Shown: positions 15,401-31,340, counted from the first letter of the stretch. The stretch: DNA of 64,000 bases from the human T2T-CHM13v2.0 reference genome, Homo sapiens (GCF_009914755.1 NC_060946.1); one strand, 5' to 3'. The notes: generated by a model from the sequence alone, not told the origin. Numbers and translations: made by a program.

Positions 15401-15876
15401 CCATTCCATTCCATTTCATTCCATTCCATTCCATTCCATTCCACTCCATTCCATTCCATTACACTCCATTCCATTCCATTCCACTACATTCCATTCCATT
15501 CCATTCCATTCCACTCCATTCCATTCCATTCCATTCCACCCAGATTGATTCCATTCTTTTCCATTGCATTCCATTCCATTCCATTCCAGTTGATTCCAAT
15601 GCCTTCCATTCCATTCCATTCCATTGCATTCCATTCCACTCCATTCCACTCTGGTTGATTCCATTCCATTCCATTCCATTCCATTCCATTCCATTCCATT
15701 CCATTCCACTCGGGTTCATTCCATTCCATTTCTTTCCATTCCATTTCACTCGGGTTGATTCCATTCCATTCCGATCCATTTTATTCCATTCCATTCCATT
15801 CCATACCTTCCCATTCCACACGGATTAATTCCATTCCATCCCATTCCATTCCATTCCATTCCATTCAGGTTGATTC
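467..15876 (+). repeat. ~15.4-kb higher-order repeat, copy 1 (15,410 bp; start phase arbitrary)
   Basis: Rare landmarks recur at a ~15.4-kb offset: CCAGGCCCTTTT at ~6025/21495/36929/51297; CGCTAAAATCC at ~4733/20218/35652; near-identical ORF translations at 773/16183/31687/47067 and 1063/16468/31982/47352. Confidence 0.93.
13195..13335 (+). repeat. 70-bp tandem duplication private to HOR copy 1
   Basis: CCGTACCGATCC...TCAATCGGGTTG occurs at 13201 and 13271, but only once at the equivalent sites ~28750 and ~44150. Confidence 0.9.
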
Positions 15877-18800
15877 CTTTCCGTTCCATTCCATCCCATT
15901 CCATTCCGCTCCATTCCATTCCATTCAATTCAATTCCATTCCATTCCACTCCATTCCATTCCACTCTTGTTCATTCCATTCCATTCCATTCCATTCTATC
16001 CCGTTCCTTTCCATTCTATTCCGTTCCTTTCCATTCCCTCACACTCGTGTTCATTCCATTCCGTTCCTTTGCATTCCATTCCATTCATTTCCATTCCTTT
16101 CCATTGAACTCCACTTGGTTGATTCCATTCCATTCCATTCTATTCCATTCCGTTCAATTAAATTCCATTCCATTCCATTCCATTGCATTCCAGTTCATTC
16201 CATTCGTTTACATTCCATTCCATTCCCTTCCATTCCATTCCATTCCCTTCCATTCCATTCCGTTCAATTCTATTCCGTTGCATTGGAATCGGGTTGATTC
16301 CAATCAATTCCATTACATTCCAGTCTATTCCATTCCATTCCATTCCACTCGGTTTGTTTCCATTACGTTGAATTGCATTCCATTCCATTCCATTCCATTC
16401 CATTCCATTCCATTCCATTGAAATTCATTGCATTTCATTCCACTCGGTTTGTTTCCTTTCCATTCCATTAGTTTCCAATAAATTCCATTCCATTCATTCC
16501 ATTCCATTCCATTCCACTCAGGTTGATTCCATTCCATTCCATTCCATTCGATTCCATTCTAGTTGATTCCATTGCATTCCGTGCTGTTCCATTCCATTCC
16601 ACTCCATTCGAATCCATTCCACTTGGGTTGATTCCATTCAATTCCATTCCATTCAATTACCTTCCATTGCATTCCACTCGGGTTGATTCCATTCCATTCC
16701 ATTCCATTGCATTTCCTTCCATTCCATTCCATTCCACTCCATTCCATTCCATTCAATTCAATTCCACTCCATTCCAATCCACTCGTGTTCATTCCATTCC
16801 ATTCCATTCTTTCCCGTTCCTTTCCATTCTATTCCGTTTCATTCCACTCCCTTACACTCGTGTTCATTCCATTCCGTTCCGTTCCATTCCATTCCATTCA
16901 TTTCCGTTCCTTTCCATTTCACTCCACTCCCTTACACTCGTGTTCATTCCATTCCGTTCCGTTCCATTCCATTCCATTCATTTCCGTTCCTTTCCATTTC
17001 ACTCCACTCGGGTTGATTCCATTCCATTCCATTCCATTCCATTCCTTTCCATTAGTTTCTAATCGGGTTGATTCCAATCCATTACATTATATTCAAGTCC
17101 TTTCCATTCCATGCCATTCCACTCGTGTTCTTTCCATTTTGTTGTATTCCATTCCATTCCATTCCATTCCATTCCATTCCATTCCATTCCATTGCATTCC
17201 ATTCCATTGCAATCCATTCCACTGGGGTTGCTTCCATTCCGTTCCATTAGTTTCCATTCCATTCCATTCCTTTCCATTCCATTCCATTCCATTCCATACC
17301 ATTCCATCAAAGTTGATTGCATGTTATTCCATTCCATTCAATTCCATTCCATTCCATTCCATTCCTTTCCTTTCCACTCGGGTTGATTCCATTCCATTCA
17401 ATTCCGTTCCGTTCCTTTCCATTCCATTCCATTCCAGTTCATTCCATTGCATTCCACTCGGGTTGATTCCATTCCGTTCCGTTCCATTCCATTCCATTCC
17501 ATACCGTTCCATTCTATTCCCTTCAGGTTGATTCCTTTCCATTCCATTCCATTGCATACCATTCCACCCCATTCCGTTCCATTCCATTCGCGATGATTCC
17601 GTTCCATTCCATGCCCTTTTATTCCATTCCATTCCATTCCATTCCCTTCCATACCATTCCACCAAAGTTGATTGCATGTTATTCCATTCCATTCCATTCC
17701 ATTCCATTCCATTCCATTCCATTCCATTCCATTCCATTCCTTTCCACTCGTGTTGATTTCATTCCATTCAATTCTGCTCCGTTCCATTCCGTTGCATTCC
17801 ATTGTATTTTATTCCATTGCATTCCACTCGTGTTGATTCCATTCCATTCCATTCCATTCCATTGCATTCCATTCCATTCCATTCCGTACCCTTCGAGTTG
17901 ATTCCATTCCATTCCATTCCATTCCATACCATTCCACTCCATTCCGTTCCATTCCATTCGGGTTGATTCTGTCCCATTCCATGACCTTTTATTCCATTCC
18001 ATTCCATTCCATTCCATTCCATTCCATTCCATTCCATTCCATACCATTCCACCAAAGGTGATTGCATGTTAATCCATTCCATTCCATTCCATTCCATTCC
18101 ATTCCTTTCCACTCAGGTTGATTCCATTCCTTTTGATTCCGTTCCGTTCTGATCCATTCCATTCGATTCCATTCCATTCCGTTTCATTCCATTGCATTCC
18201 TCTCCGGTTGATTCCATTCCATTCCATTCCATTCCACTGCATTCTATTCCATACCCTTGGGGTTGATTCCTTTCCAGTCCATTCAATTCAACACCATTCC
18301 ACTCCATTCCGTTCCATTCCATTCGTGTTGATTCCATTCCATTCCGTTCCATTCCATTCGATTCCATACCATTCCACTAGGGTTGATTCCATACCATTCC
18401 ATTCCATTGCATTCCATTCCATTCCATTCCACTCGGGTTGATTCCATTAAATTCCATTCCATTCCATTCCTTTCCATTCCATTAGTTTCTAATCGGGTTG
18501 ATTCCAATCCATTCCATTATATTCAAGTCCTATCCATTCCATGCCATTCCACTCGGGTTGTTTCCATTTTGTTGTATTCCATTCCATTCCATTCCATTCC
18601 ATTCCATTCCATTCCATTCCATTCCATTCCATTCCTTTCCATTGCATTCCATTCCACTCGGGTTGTTTCCATTCCGTTCCATTAGTTTCCATTGCATTCC
18701 ATTCCTTTCCATTCCATTCTATTCCATTCCATTCCATGCCATTCCATTCCATTCCTTTCCACTCAGGGTGATTCCATTCCATTCCATTCCAATGCATTCC

Positions 18801-21800
18801 ATTCCCGTTGATACCATTGCATTGCATTGTTTCCAGTCCATTCCATTCCATTACACTACATTCCATTCCAGTCGGTTTGATTCATTTCCATTCCATTCCA
18901 TTGCATTCCTCTCGGGTTGATTCCATTCCATTCCATTCCATTGCATTCCATTCCATTCCATTGCATTCATTTCCATTCCATTCCACTCGTGTTTATTCCC
19001 TTCCATTCAATTCCATTCCATTCCATTCCATTCCATTTCATGCCATTCCATTCCATTGCATTCCATTCCATTCCATTCCACTCGTGTTGATTCCCTTCCA
19101 TTCCATTCCATTCCATTCCACTTGAGTTGATTCTATTCCATTCCTTTACATTTCATTCCATACCATTCCATTCCATTCCATACCATTCCATTCCATTCCA
19201 TTCCGTTCCATTCCATTCGTGTTGATTCCATTCCATTCCATTCCACTCCATTCCAATCCATTACATTCCACTCGGGTTGAATACATTCCTTTCCATTCTA
19301 TTCCATTCCATTCCTCTCCAATCCATTCCATTCCATTCAATTCCACTTGGATTCAATCTATTTTTTCCATTCCATTCCGTTCTGTTCCATTCCATTCCAT
19401 TGCATTAGATACCATTCCATTCCACTCGGGTTGATTCCATTCCGTTACTTTCCATTTTATTCCATTCCATTCCATTCCATTCCATTCCATTCCATTCCAC
19501 TCCATTCCATTCCACTGCAATCCATTCCACTCCACTCCGGTTGATGCCATACAATTCCATTCCATTTCATTCCATTCCATTTCACTCAGGTTGATTCCAT
19601 TCCATTCCATTCATTTTTATTCCATTCCTTTCCGTTCCATTCCATTCCGTTCCATACCATTCCACTCTGGTTGATTCCATACCATTCTATTCCATCCCAT
19701 TCCATGAAATTCTACTCCATTCCATTCCACTCGTGTTGATTCCTTTCCATTCCATTCCATTCGGTTTTTTTCCATTCCATTCCATTCCATTCCACTCCAT
19801 TCCATTCCATTCAATTTCACTCGGATGGATTCCATTCCATTCCATTCCAATCCATTCCATTCCATTCCATTCCTTTCCATTCGGGTTCATTCCATTCCAT
19901 TCCATTCCATTTCATTCCTTTCCATTCGGGTTCATTCCATTCCATTCCATTCCATTCCATTGCATTCCGTTCCATTCCATTCCAATCCATTCCATTCCAT
20001 TCCACTCGGGTTGATTCCATTTCGTTCCTTTCCATTCCATTCCATTCCATTCCATTCCATTCCATTCCATTCCGTTCCATTCAATTCGTGTTGATTCCAT
20101 TCCATTCCACTCCAATACATTCCATTCCATTCCTTTCCACTCGAGTTGATTCCATTTCTTTCCTTTCCATTCCATTCCATTCCGTTCCATTCAATTCGTG
20201 TTGATTCCATTCCATTCCGCTAAAATCCATTCCATTCCATTCCAATCCATTGCATTCCATTCAATTCCACTCGCATTCAATCTATTCCATTGAATTTCAT
20301 TCCGTTTTGTTCCATTCCATTCCACTGCATTCCATACCTGTCCATTCCACTCAGGATGATTCCGTTCCATTCCATTATATTCGGTTCCATTCCATTCCAT
20401 TCCATTCCATTCAATTCCACTCCGGTTGATTCCATTCCATTCCATTGCGTTCCATTCCATTCCACTCGGGTTGTTTCCATTTCATTCCTTTCCATTTCAT
20501 TCTATTCCATTCCATTCCATTCCATTCTATTCCATTCCATTCCACTCCTTTCCATTCCATTCCTCTCCGGTTATTCCATTCCATTCCATTCCATTCCATT
20601 CCATTCCATTCCATTCGGTTTGTTTCCATTCCATTCCATTCCATTTTATTCCATTCCATTCCATTCCATTCCATTCCATTACATACCATTCCACTCGGGT
20701 TGATTCCATACCATTCTATTCTATTCCATTTCATTAAATTCCATTCCATTCTATTCCACTCGGTTAGATTCCATTCCATTCCATTCCATTCCATTCCATT
20801 AGTTTTTAATTGGGTTGATTTCAATCCATTCCATTATATTCCAGTCCTTTCCATTCCATGCCATTCCACTCGAGTTCTTTCCATTTTGTTGTATTCCATT
20901 CCATTCCATTCCATTCCATTCCATTCCATTCCATTCCATTGCATTCCTTTGCATTCCATTCCACATGGGTTTTTTCCATTCCGTTCCATTAGTTTCCATT
21001 CCATTCCATTCCTTTCCATTCGATTCCATTCCATTCCATTCCATTCCATTCCATTTCTTTCCACTCAGGGAGATTCCATTCCATTCCATTCCAATGCATT
21101 CCATTCCAGTTGATGCCATTGCATTGCATTGTTTCCTTTTGATTCCATTCCATTCCATTCCATTCCATTCCATACCATTCCATTCCATTCCATACCATTC
21201 CATCAAAGTTGAGTGCATGCTATTCCATTCCATTCCATTCCTTTCAATTCAATTCCATTCCTTTCCACTTGGGTTGATACCATTCCATTCAATTCCGTTC
21301 CGTTCCGTCCCGTTTCGTTCCATTCCATTCCATTCCATTTCATTCCATTGCATTCCACTCAGGTTGATTCCATTCCATTCCATTCCATTGCATTCCATTC
21401 CATACCCTTTGGGTTGATTCCATTCCATTCGATTCCATTCCGTACCATTCCACTGCATTCCATTCCATTCCATTCGGGTTGATTCCGTTCCATTCCAGGC
21501 CCTTTTATTCCATTCCATCCCATTCCATTCCATTCCATACCATTAAACCTAAATTGATTGCATGTTATTGCATTCCATTCAATTCTATTCCATTCCGTTC
21601 CATTCCATTCCATTCCGTTCCATTCCTTTCACTTGGTTTTATTCCACTCCATTCCATTCCATTCCATTCCATTCCTTTCCACTCCATTCCATTCCACTCC
21701 ACTCCGGTTGATTCCATTAAATTCCATTCCATTTCATTCCATTCCGTTTCACTCGAGTTGATTCCATTCCATTCCATTCCATTTTATTCCATTCCATTCT

Positions 21801-24800
21801 GTTCCATTCCTTTCCATTCCATACCTTTCCACTCCGGTTGATTCCATGCCATTCCATTCCATGAAATTCCATTCCATTCCACTAAACTCGTGTTGATTCC
21901 TTTCCATTCCATTCCACTTCATTCCATTCGTGTTCATTCCATTCCGTTCCGTTCCATTCCATTCCATTCATTTCCATTCCTTTCCATTGCACTCCACTGG
22001 GGTTGATTCCATTCCATTCCATTCTATTTCATTCCGTTCAAATAAATTCCATTCCATTCTATTCCATTGCATTCCAGTTCATTCCATTCCTTTCCATTCT
22101 ATTCCATTCCCTTCCATTCCATTCCATTCCCTTCCATTCCATTCCATTCAATTCTATTCCGTTGCATTGGGATCTGGTTGATTCCAATCCATTCCATTAC
22201 ATTCCAGTCTTTTCCATTCCATTCCATTCCACTCGGTTTGTTTCCATTACGTTGAATTGTATTCCATTCCATTCCATTCCATTCCATTCCATTGAAATTC
22301 ATTGCATTTCATTCCACTCGGTTTGTTTCCTTTCCATTCCATTAGTTTCCAATAAATTCCATTCCTTTCATTCCATTCCATTCCATTCCACTCAGGTTGA
22401 TTCCGTTCCATTCCATTCCATTCCATTCCATTCTAGTTGATTCCATTGCATTCCGTGCTGTTCCATTCCATTCCACTCCATTCGAATCCATTCCACATGG
22501 GTTGATTCCATTCCATTCCATTCCATTCAATTACCTTCCATTGCGTTCCACTCGGGTTGATTCCATTCCATTCCATTGCATTCCATTCCATTCCATTGCA
22601 TTGCATTTCCTTCCATTCCAGTTGATTCCATTCCATTCCATTCCATTCCATTCCATTCCATTCCATTCTATTCCACTAGGGTTAATTTCATTCGATTCCA
22701 TTCCATTCCTGTTTTCCCTTCCATTCCATTCCATTCCATTCCACTCGGGTTGACTACATTCCATGCCATTGCATTCCATTGCATTCCATTCGTTTCTATT
22801 ACATTCCATTATTTTCTATTCCATTCCTTTCCACTCGAGTTGATTCCATTCCATTCTATTCCATTCCATTCTATTCCATTCCGTACCGATCCATTCCATT
22901 CCATTCCATTCCATTTCAATCGGGTTGATTCCATTCCATTCAATTCTATTCCATTCCATTCCATTCCATTCCACTCGGATGATTCCATTCCTTTCCATTC
23001 CATTCCATTTAAATTCATTGCATTGCTTTCCAGTTGAATCCATTGGATTCGATTCCGTTCCATTCCATTCCATTCCACTCGAGTTGATTCCACTCCGTTA
23101 CATTGGATTACATTCCACTTCATTCCTATCAGGTGGATTCCATTCCATTCCATTCCATTCCATTCCTCTCCGGTTGATTCCATTCCGTTCCTTGCCATTC
23201 CATTCCATTCCATTCCATTCCGTTCCATTCCATTCGTGTTGATTCTATTCCATTCCACTGCAATCCATTCCATTCCATTCCAATCCATTCCATTCCATTC
23301 AAATCCACTCGCATTCAATTTATTCCATTGCATTTCATTCCGTTCTGTTCCATTCCATTCCATTGCATTCCATACCATTCCATTCCACTCGGGATGATTC
23401 CATTGCATTCCATTATATTCCATTCCATTCCATTCCATTCCAATCCATTCCATTCCACTCGGGTTGATTCCATTCCATTCCATTCCATTCCATTCCATTC
23501 CATTCCATTCCTTTCCATTCCATTCCATTCCATTCCACTCGTGTTGTTTCCATTCCATTCCTTTCCATTTCATTCTATTCCATTCCATTCCATTCCATTC
23601 CATTCCATTCCATTCCATTCCATTCCATTCTATTCCATTCCATTCCACTCCATTCCATTCCATTCCTCTCCGGTTATTCCATTCAATTCCGTTCCATTCC
23701 ACTCGGTTTTTTTTCCATTCCATTGCATTCCATTTTATTCCATTCCATTCCATTCCATTCCATTCCATTAAATTCCATTCTATTCCGTTCCACTCAGGTA
23801 GATTCCATTCCATTCCATTCCATTCCATTCCATTCCATTCCATTCCATTCCATTAGTTTCTAATGTGGTTGATTCCAATCCTTTCCATTATATTTAAGTC
23901 CTTTCCATTCCATGCCATTCCACTCGAGTTCTTTCCATTTTGTTGGATTCCATTCCATTCCATTCCATTCCATTCCATTCCATTCCTTTCCATTCCATTC
24001 CATCCCATTGCATACCATTCCATCAAATTTCATTGCATGTTATTCCATTCCATTCCATTCCCTTCCATTCCATTCCATTCCACTCCATTCCTTTCCACTC
24101 GGGTTGATTCTATTCCATTCAATTCCGTTCCTTTCCGTTCCATTCCATTCAATTCCATTTCATTCCATTGCATTCCACTCGGGTTTATTCCATTCTATTC
24201 CATTCCATTCCATTCCATTCCATTCCATTCCATTCCTTTCGGGTTGATTCCTTTCCATTCCATTCCATTCCATACCATTTCACTCCATTCCGTTCCATTC
24301 CATTCGGGTTGATTCCGTTCCATTCCATGCCCTTTTATGCCTTTCCATTCCATTCCATTCCCTTCCATACCATTCCACCAATGTTGATTGCATGTTATTC
24401 CATTCCATTCCATTCCATTCCATTCCATTCCATTCCATTCCATTCCATTCCATTGCATTCCGTTCCATTCTACTCGGGTTGATTTCATTCCACTCATTTC
24501 CATTCCGTGCCATTCCGATCCATTCCATTCCATTTCATTCCTGTGCTTTCCACTCGTGTTGATTCCATTCCATTCCATTCCATTCCATACCCTTCGAGTT
24601 GATTCCTTTCCATTCCATTCCATTCCATACCATTCCACTCCATTCCGTTCCATTCCATTCGGGTTGATTCCGTTCCATTCCATGACCTTTTATTCCATTT
24701 CATTCCGTTCCATTCCATTCCATTCCTTTCCATTCCATACCATTCCACCAAAGTTGATTGCATGTTATTCTATTTCATTCCCTTCCATTCCATTCCATTA

Positions 24801-27800
24801 CATTCCTTTCCACTCGGGTTGATTCCATTCCTTTCAATTCCGTTCCATTCCGCTCCGTTCCGTTCCATTCCATTCCATTACATTCCATGGCATTCCACTC
24901 GGGTTGATTCCATTCCATTCCATTCCATTCTATTCCATACACTTCGGGTTGATTCCTTTCCATTCCATTCCATTCCATACCATTCCACTCCATTCCGTTC
25001 CATTCCATTCGTGTTGATTCCATTCCGTTCCATTCCATTCCATTCCATTCCATTCCATACCATTCCACTATGGTTTATTCCATACCATTCCATTCCATTG
25101 CATTCCATTCCATTCCATTCCACTCGGGTTGATTCCATTCCATTCCATTCCATTCCATTCCTTTCCTTTCCACTCGGGTTGATTTTATTCCATTCAATTC
25201 CGTTCCGTTCCATTCCATTCCATTCCATTCCATTTCATTCCATTGCATTCCACTCGTGTTGACTCCATTCCATTCCATTCCATTGCATTCCATTCCATTC
25301 CATTCCATACCCTTCGAGTTGATTCCTTTCCATTCCATTCCATTCCACACCATTCCAATCCATTCCGTTCCATTCCATTCGGGTTGATTCCGTTCCATTC
25401 CATGACCTTTTATTCCATTCCATTCCATTCTATTCCATACCATTCGGGGTGATTCCTTTCCATTCCATTCCATTCCATTCCATACCATTCCACTCCATTT
25501 CGTTCCATTCCATTCGGGTTAAGTCCATTCCGTTCCATTCCGTTCCATTCCATTCCATACCATTCCACTAGGGTTGATTCCATACCATTCCATTCCATTG
25601 CATTCCATTCCATTCCATTCCACTCGGGTTGATTCCATTCCGTTCCATTCCATTCCACTGCATTCCATTACATTCCATTCCACTCCAGTTAATTCCGTTC
25701 CATTCCATTCCAATCCATTCCATTCCATTGGGGTCCATTCCATTCCATTCCTTTCCATTCTGTTCCGTTCCGATCCATTCCATTCAATTCCATTCCATTC
25801 CATTCCATTCCATTCATTCCTTTCCATTCCATTCCATTCCACTCGGGTTGATTCCATTCCATTCCATTCCATACCATTCCATTCCATTAAATTCCATTCC
25901 ATTCCATTCCACTCGGGTAGATTCCATTCCATTCCATTCCATTGCATTCCATTCCATTCCAATGCTTTCCATTAGTTTCTAATCGGGTTGATTCCAATCC
26001 ATTCCATTATATTCAAGTCCTTTCCATTCCATGCCATTCCACTCGGGTTGTTTCCATTATGTTGTATTCCATTCCATTCCATTCCATTCCATTGCATTCC
26101 CTTCCATTCCATTCCATTCCATTCCATTCCATTGCATTCCATTCCACTCAGGTTGTTTCCTTTCAGTTGCATTAGTTTCCATTCCATTCCATTCCTTTCC
26201 ATTCCATTCCACTCAGGGTGATTCCATTCCTTTCCATTCAAATTCTTTCCATTCCTGTTGATACCATTGCATTGCATTGTTTCCATTCCATTCCATTCCA
26301 TTCCATTCCATTCCACTCGGTTTTATTCATTTCCATTCCATTCCATTCCATTCCATTCCATTCCATTCCATTGCATTCCATTGCATTCCATTCCACTCGG
26401 GTTGTTTCCTTTCCGTTCCATTAGTTTCCATTCCATTCCATTCCTTTCCATTCCATTCCATTCAGGGTGATTCCATTCCTTTCCATTCCAATTCATTCCA
26501 TTCCAGTTGATACCATTGCATTGCATTGTTTCCATTCCATTCCATTCCATTCCATTCCACTCGGTTTTATTCATTTCCATTCCATTCCATTCCATTCCAT
26601 TCCATTCCATTCCATGCCATTCATCTCGGGTTGATTCCATTCCATTTCATTGCCTTTTATTCCGTTCCATTCCATTCCATTCCATTCCATACCATTCCAC
26701 CAAAGTTGATTGCATGCTATTCCATTCCATTCCATTCCATTCCATTCCATTCCATTCCATTCCATTCCATTCCTTTCCACTTGGGTTGATTCCATTCCAT
26801 TCAGTTCTGTTCTGTTCCGTTCCGTTCCGTTCCATTCCATTCATTCCATTCCATTCCATTTCATTCCATTGCATTCCACTCGGGTTGATTCCATTCCATT
26901 CCATTCCATTCCATTCCATTCCATTCCATTCCATACCCTTCTGGTTGATTCCTTTCCATTCCATTCCATTCCATACCATTCCACTCCATTCCATTCCATT
27001 CCATTCCGTTCTGGTTGATTCCATTCTGTTGAATTTCTTTCCATTCCAATCCATTGCATTCCATTCCATTCCATTCCATTCCATTCCATTCCATTCCATT
27101 CCATTCCACTCGAGTTAATTCCATTCCTTTGAATTCCATTGCTTTCCATTCCATTCCATTCCATTCCTTTTCATTCTATTACACTCGGGTTGTTTCCATT
27201 CCATTCATTTCTTTTCCATTCCATTCCATTCCATTCTTTTCCATTCCACTAATGTTGATTCCATTCTTTCCTTTCCATTCCATTCCATTCCATTCCAGTT
27301 GATTCCATTGCATTCCATTCCATTCCATTCCGTTCTATTCCTTTCCGTTCCACTCAGGTTGATTCCATTCCATTCCATTCCATTCCATTCAATTCCATTC
27401 CATTCCATTCCATTGCACTCGGGTTGATGCCATTCCATTCCAATCCATTTTATTCCTTTCCATTCCATTCCATTCCATACCATTCCACTGGAGTGGATTC
27501 CATAACATTCCATTCCATTGCATTCCGTTCTTTTCCATTCCATTCCATTCCACTCGTGTTGTTTCCATTCCATTCCTTTCTATTCCATTCCATTCCATTC
27601 CTTTCCATTTGGGTTGATTCCGTTCCATTCCATTCCATTTCATTCCATTCCATTCCATTCCATTACACTCCATTCCATTCCATTCCACTCCATTCCATTC
27701 CATTCAATTGAATTCCACTCCATTCCAATCCACTCGTGTTCATTGCATTCCATTCCATTCCTTCCTGTTCCTTTCCATTCTACTCCGTTCCATTCCACTG

Positions 27801-30800
27801 CCTTACACTCGTGTTCATTCCATTCCGTTCCGGTCCATTCCATTCCATTCATTTCCATTCCTTTCCATTGCACTCCACTCGGGTTGATTCCATTCCATTC
27901 TATTCCATTCCATTCAATTAAATTCCATTCCATTCCATTCCATTCCATTGCATTCCAGTTCATTCCATTCCTTTCCATTCTTTCTATTCCATTCCCTTCG
28001 ATTCCATTCCATTCCCTTCCATTCCATTCCATTCAATTCTATTCCGTTGCATTGGAATCGGGTTGATTCCAATCCATTCCATTACATTCCAGTCTTTTCC
28101 ATTCCATTCCATTCCACTCGGTTTGTTTCCATTACATTGAATTGTATTCCATTCCAATCCATTCCATTGAAATTCATTGCATTTCATTCCACTCGGTTTG
28201 TTTCCTTTCCATTCCATTAGTTTCCAATAAATTCCATTCCTTTCATTCCATTCCATTCCATTCCACTCAGGTTGATTCCGTTCCATTCCATTCCATTCCA
28301 TTCCATTCCATTCTATTTGATTCCATTGCATTCCGTGCTGTTCCATTCCATTCCACTCCATTCGAATCCATTCCACTTGGGTTGATTCCATTCCATTCCA
28401 TTCCATTCAATTACCTTCCATTGCGTTCCACTCGGGTTGATTCCATTCCATTCCATTGCATTCCATTCCATTCCATTGCATTGCATTTCCTTCCATTCCA
28501 GTTGATTCCATTCCATTACATTCCATTCCATTCCATTCTTTTCCACTAGGGTTAATTTCATTCGATTCCATTCCATTCCTGTTTTCCCTTCCATTCCATT
28601 CCATTCCATTCCACTCGGGTTTACTACATTCCATGCCATTGCATTCCATTGCATTCCATTCGTTTCTATTACATTCCATTCTTTTCTATTCCATTCCTTT
28701 CCTCTCGGTTGATTCCATTCCATTCTATTCCATTCCATTCTATTCCATTCCGTACCGATCCATTCCATTCCATTCCATTTCAATCGGGTTGATTCCATTC
28801 CATTCAATTCTATTCCATTCCATTCCATTCCATTCCACTCGGATGATTCCATTCCATTCCATTCCATTCCATTTAAATTCATTGCATTGCTTTCCAGTTG
28901 AATCCATTGGATTCGATTCCGTTCCATTCCACTCCATTCCACTCGAGTTGATTCCACTCCGTTCCATTGGATTACATTCCACTTCATTCCTATCAGGTGG
29001 ATTCCATTCCATTCCATTCCATTCCACTCCGGTTGATTCCATTCCGTTCCTTTCCATTCCATTCCATTCCATTCCATTCCATTCCATTCCGTTCCATTCC
29101 ATTCGTGTTGATTCCATTCCATTCCACTCCAATCCATTCCATTCCATTCCATTCCATTCCGTTCCGTTCCAATCCATTCCATTCCATTCCATTCCATTCC
29201 ATTCCATTCCATTCCATTCCATTCATTCTTTTCCATTCCATTCCATTCCACTTGGGTTGATTCCATTCCATTCCATTCCATTCCATTAAATTCCATTCCA
29301 TTCCATTCCACTCGGGTAGATTCCATTCCATTCCATTCCATTCCATTCCATTCCATTCCACTCCTTTCCATTAGTTTCTAATCGGGTTGATTCCAATCCA
29401 TTCCAATATATACAAGTCCTTTCCATTCCATGCCATTCCACTCGGGTTGTTTCCATTTTGTTGTATTCCATTCCATTCCTTTCAATTCCATTTCATTCCA
29501 TTCCATTCCGTTCCATTCCATTCCATTCCATTCCATTCCATTGCATTCCACTCGGGTTGTTTCCATTCCATTCCATTAGTTTCCATTCCGTTCCATTCCT
29601 TTCCATTCCATTCCACTCAGGGTGATTCCATTCCTTTCCATTCCAATTCTTTCCATTCCATTTGATACCATTGCATTGCATTGTTTTCATTCCATTCCAT
29701 TCCATTCCATTCCATTCCATTCCACTCGGTTTTATTCATTTCCATTCCATTCCATTCCATTCCATCCCATTCATCTCGGGTTGATTCCATTCCATTCCAT
29801 TCCCTTTTATTCCATTCCATTCCATTCCATAACATTCCACCAAAGTTGATTGCATGCTATTCGATTCCATTGCATTGCATTCCATTCCATTCCATTCCGT
29901 TCCTTTCCACTTGGGTTGATTCCATTCCATTCAGTTCCGTTCTGTTCCTTTCCGTTCCTTTCCATTCCATTCCATTTCATTCCATTGCATTCCACTCGGG
30001 TTGATTCCATTCCATTCCATTCCATTCCATTCCATTCCATTCCGTTCATTTCCACTTGGGTTGATTCCATTCCATTCAATTCTGTTCTGTTCCATTCCGT
30101 TCTGTTCCATTCCATTCCATTCCATTCCATTTCTTTCCATTGCATTCCACTCGGGTTGATTCCATTCCATTCCATTCCATTCCATTCCATTCCATTCCAT
30201 TCCATTCCATACCCTTCGGGTTGATTCCTTTCCATTCCATTGCATTCCATACCATTCCACTCCATTCCATTCCATTCCATGCTGGTTGATTCCATTCCGT
30301 TGAATTTCTTTCCATTCCAATCCATTCCATTCCATTCCATTCCATTGCTTTCCATTCCATTCCATTCCATTAATTTTCTTTATATTATACTCGGGTTGTT
30401 TCCATTCCATTCATTTCTTTTCCATTCCATTCCATTCCTTTCCATTCCACTCATGTTGATTCCATTCTTTCCATTCCATTGCATTCCATTCCATTCCATT
30501 CCATTCCAGTTGATTCCATTGCATTGCATTGCATTCCATTCCATTCCATTCTATCCTTTCCATTCCACTCTGGTTGATTCCATTCAATTCCATTCCGTTC
30601 CATTCCATTCCGTTCCACTCGGGTTGATTCCATTCCATTCCATTCCATTCCATTCCATTCCATTTCACTCAGGTTGATGCCATTCCATTCTGATCCATTT
30701 TATTCCTTTCCATTCCATTCCATTCCACTCGGGTGGATTCCATAACATTCCATTCCATTCCATTCCATTCCTTTCCATTCCATTCCATTCCACTCGTGTT

Positions 30801-31340
30801 GATTCCATTCCATTCCTTTCCATTCCATTCCATTCCATTCCATTCGGGTTGAGTCCGTTCCATTCCATTCCATTTCATTCCATTCCATTCCATTCCATTC
30901 CACTCCATTCCATTCCATTACACTCCATTCCATTCCATTCCACTACATTCCATTCCATTCCATTCCATTCCACTCCATTCCATTCCATTCCATTCCACCC
31001 AGATTGATTCCATTCTTTTCCATTGCATTCCATTCCATTCCATTCCAGTTGATTCCAATGCCTTCCATTCCATTCCATTCCATTGCATTCCATTCCACTC
31101 CATTCCACTCTGGTTGATTCCATTCCATTCCATTCCATTCCATTCCATTCCATTCCATTCCATTCCACTCGGGTTCATTCCATTCCATTCCTTTCCATTC
31201 CATTTCACTCGGGTTGATTCCATTCCATTCCGATCCATTTTATTCCATTCCATTCCATTCCATACCTTCCCATTCCACACGGAGTAATTCCATTCCATCC
31301 CATTCCATTCCATTCCATTCCATTCCATTCAGGTTGATTC
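15877..31340 (+). repeat. ~15.4-kb higher-order repeat, copy 2 (15,464 bp)
   Basis: Colinear with copy 1 (ORFs 3656/19146, 6009/21479, 9679/25194, 13914/29378). It differs mainly in CATTC copy number, scattered substitutions and an 80-bp duplication. Confidence 0.93.
16845..17008 (+). repeat. 80-bp tandem duplication private to HOR copy 2
   Basis: CTTACACTCGTGTTC occurs at 16851 and 16931. The copy1-copy2 offset rises from 15405 to 15485 across it. Confidence 0.92.
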
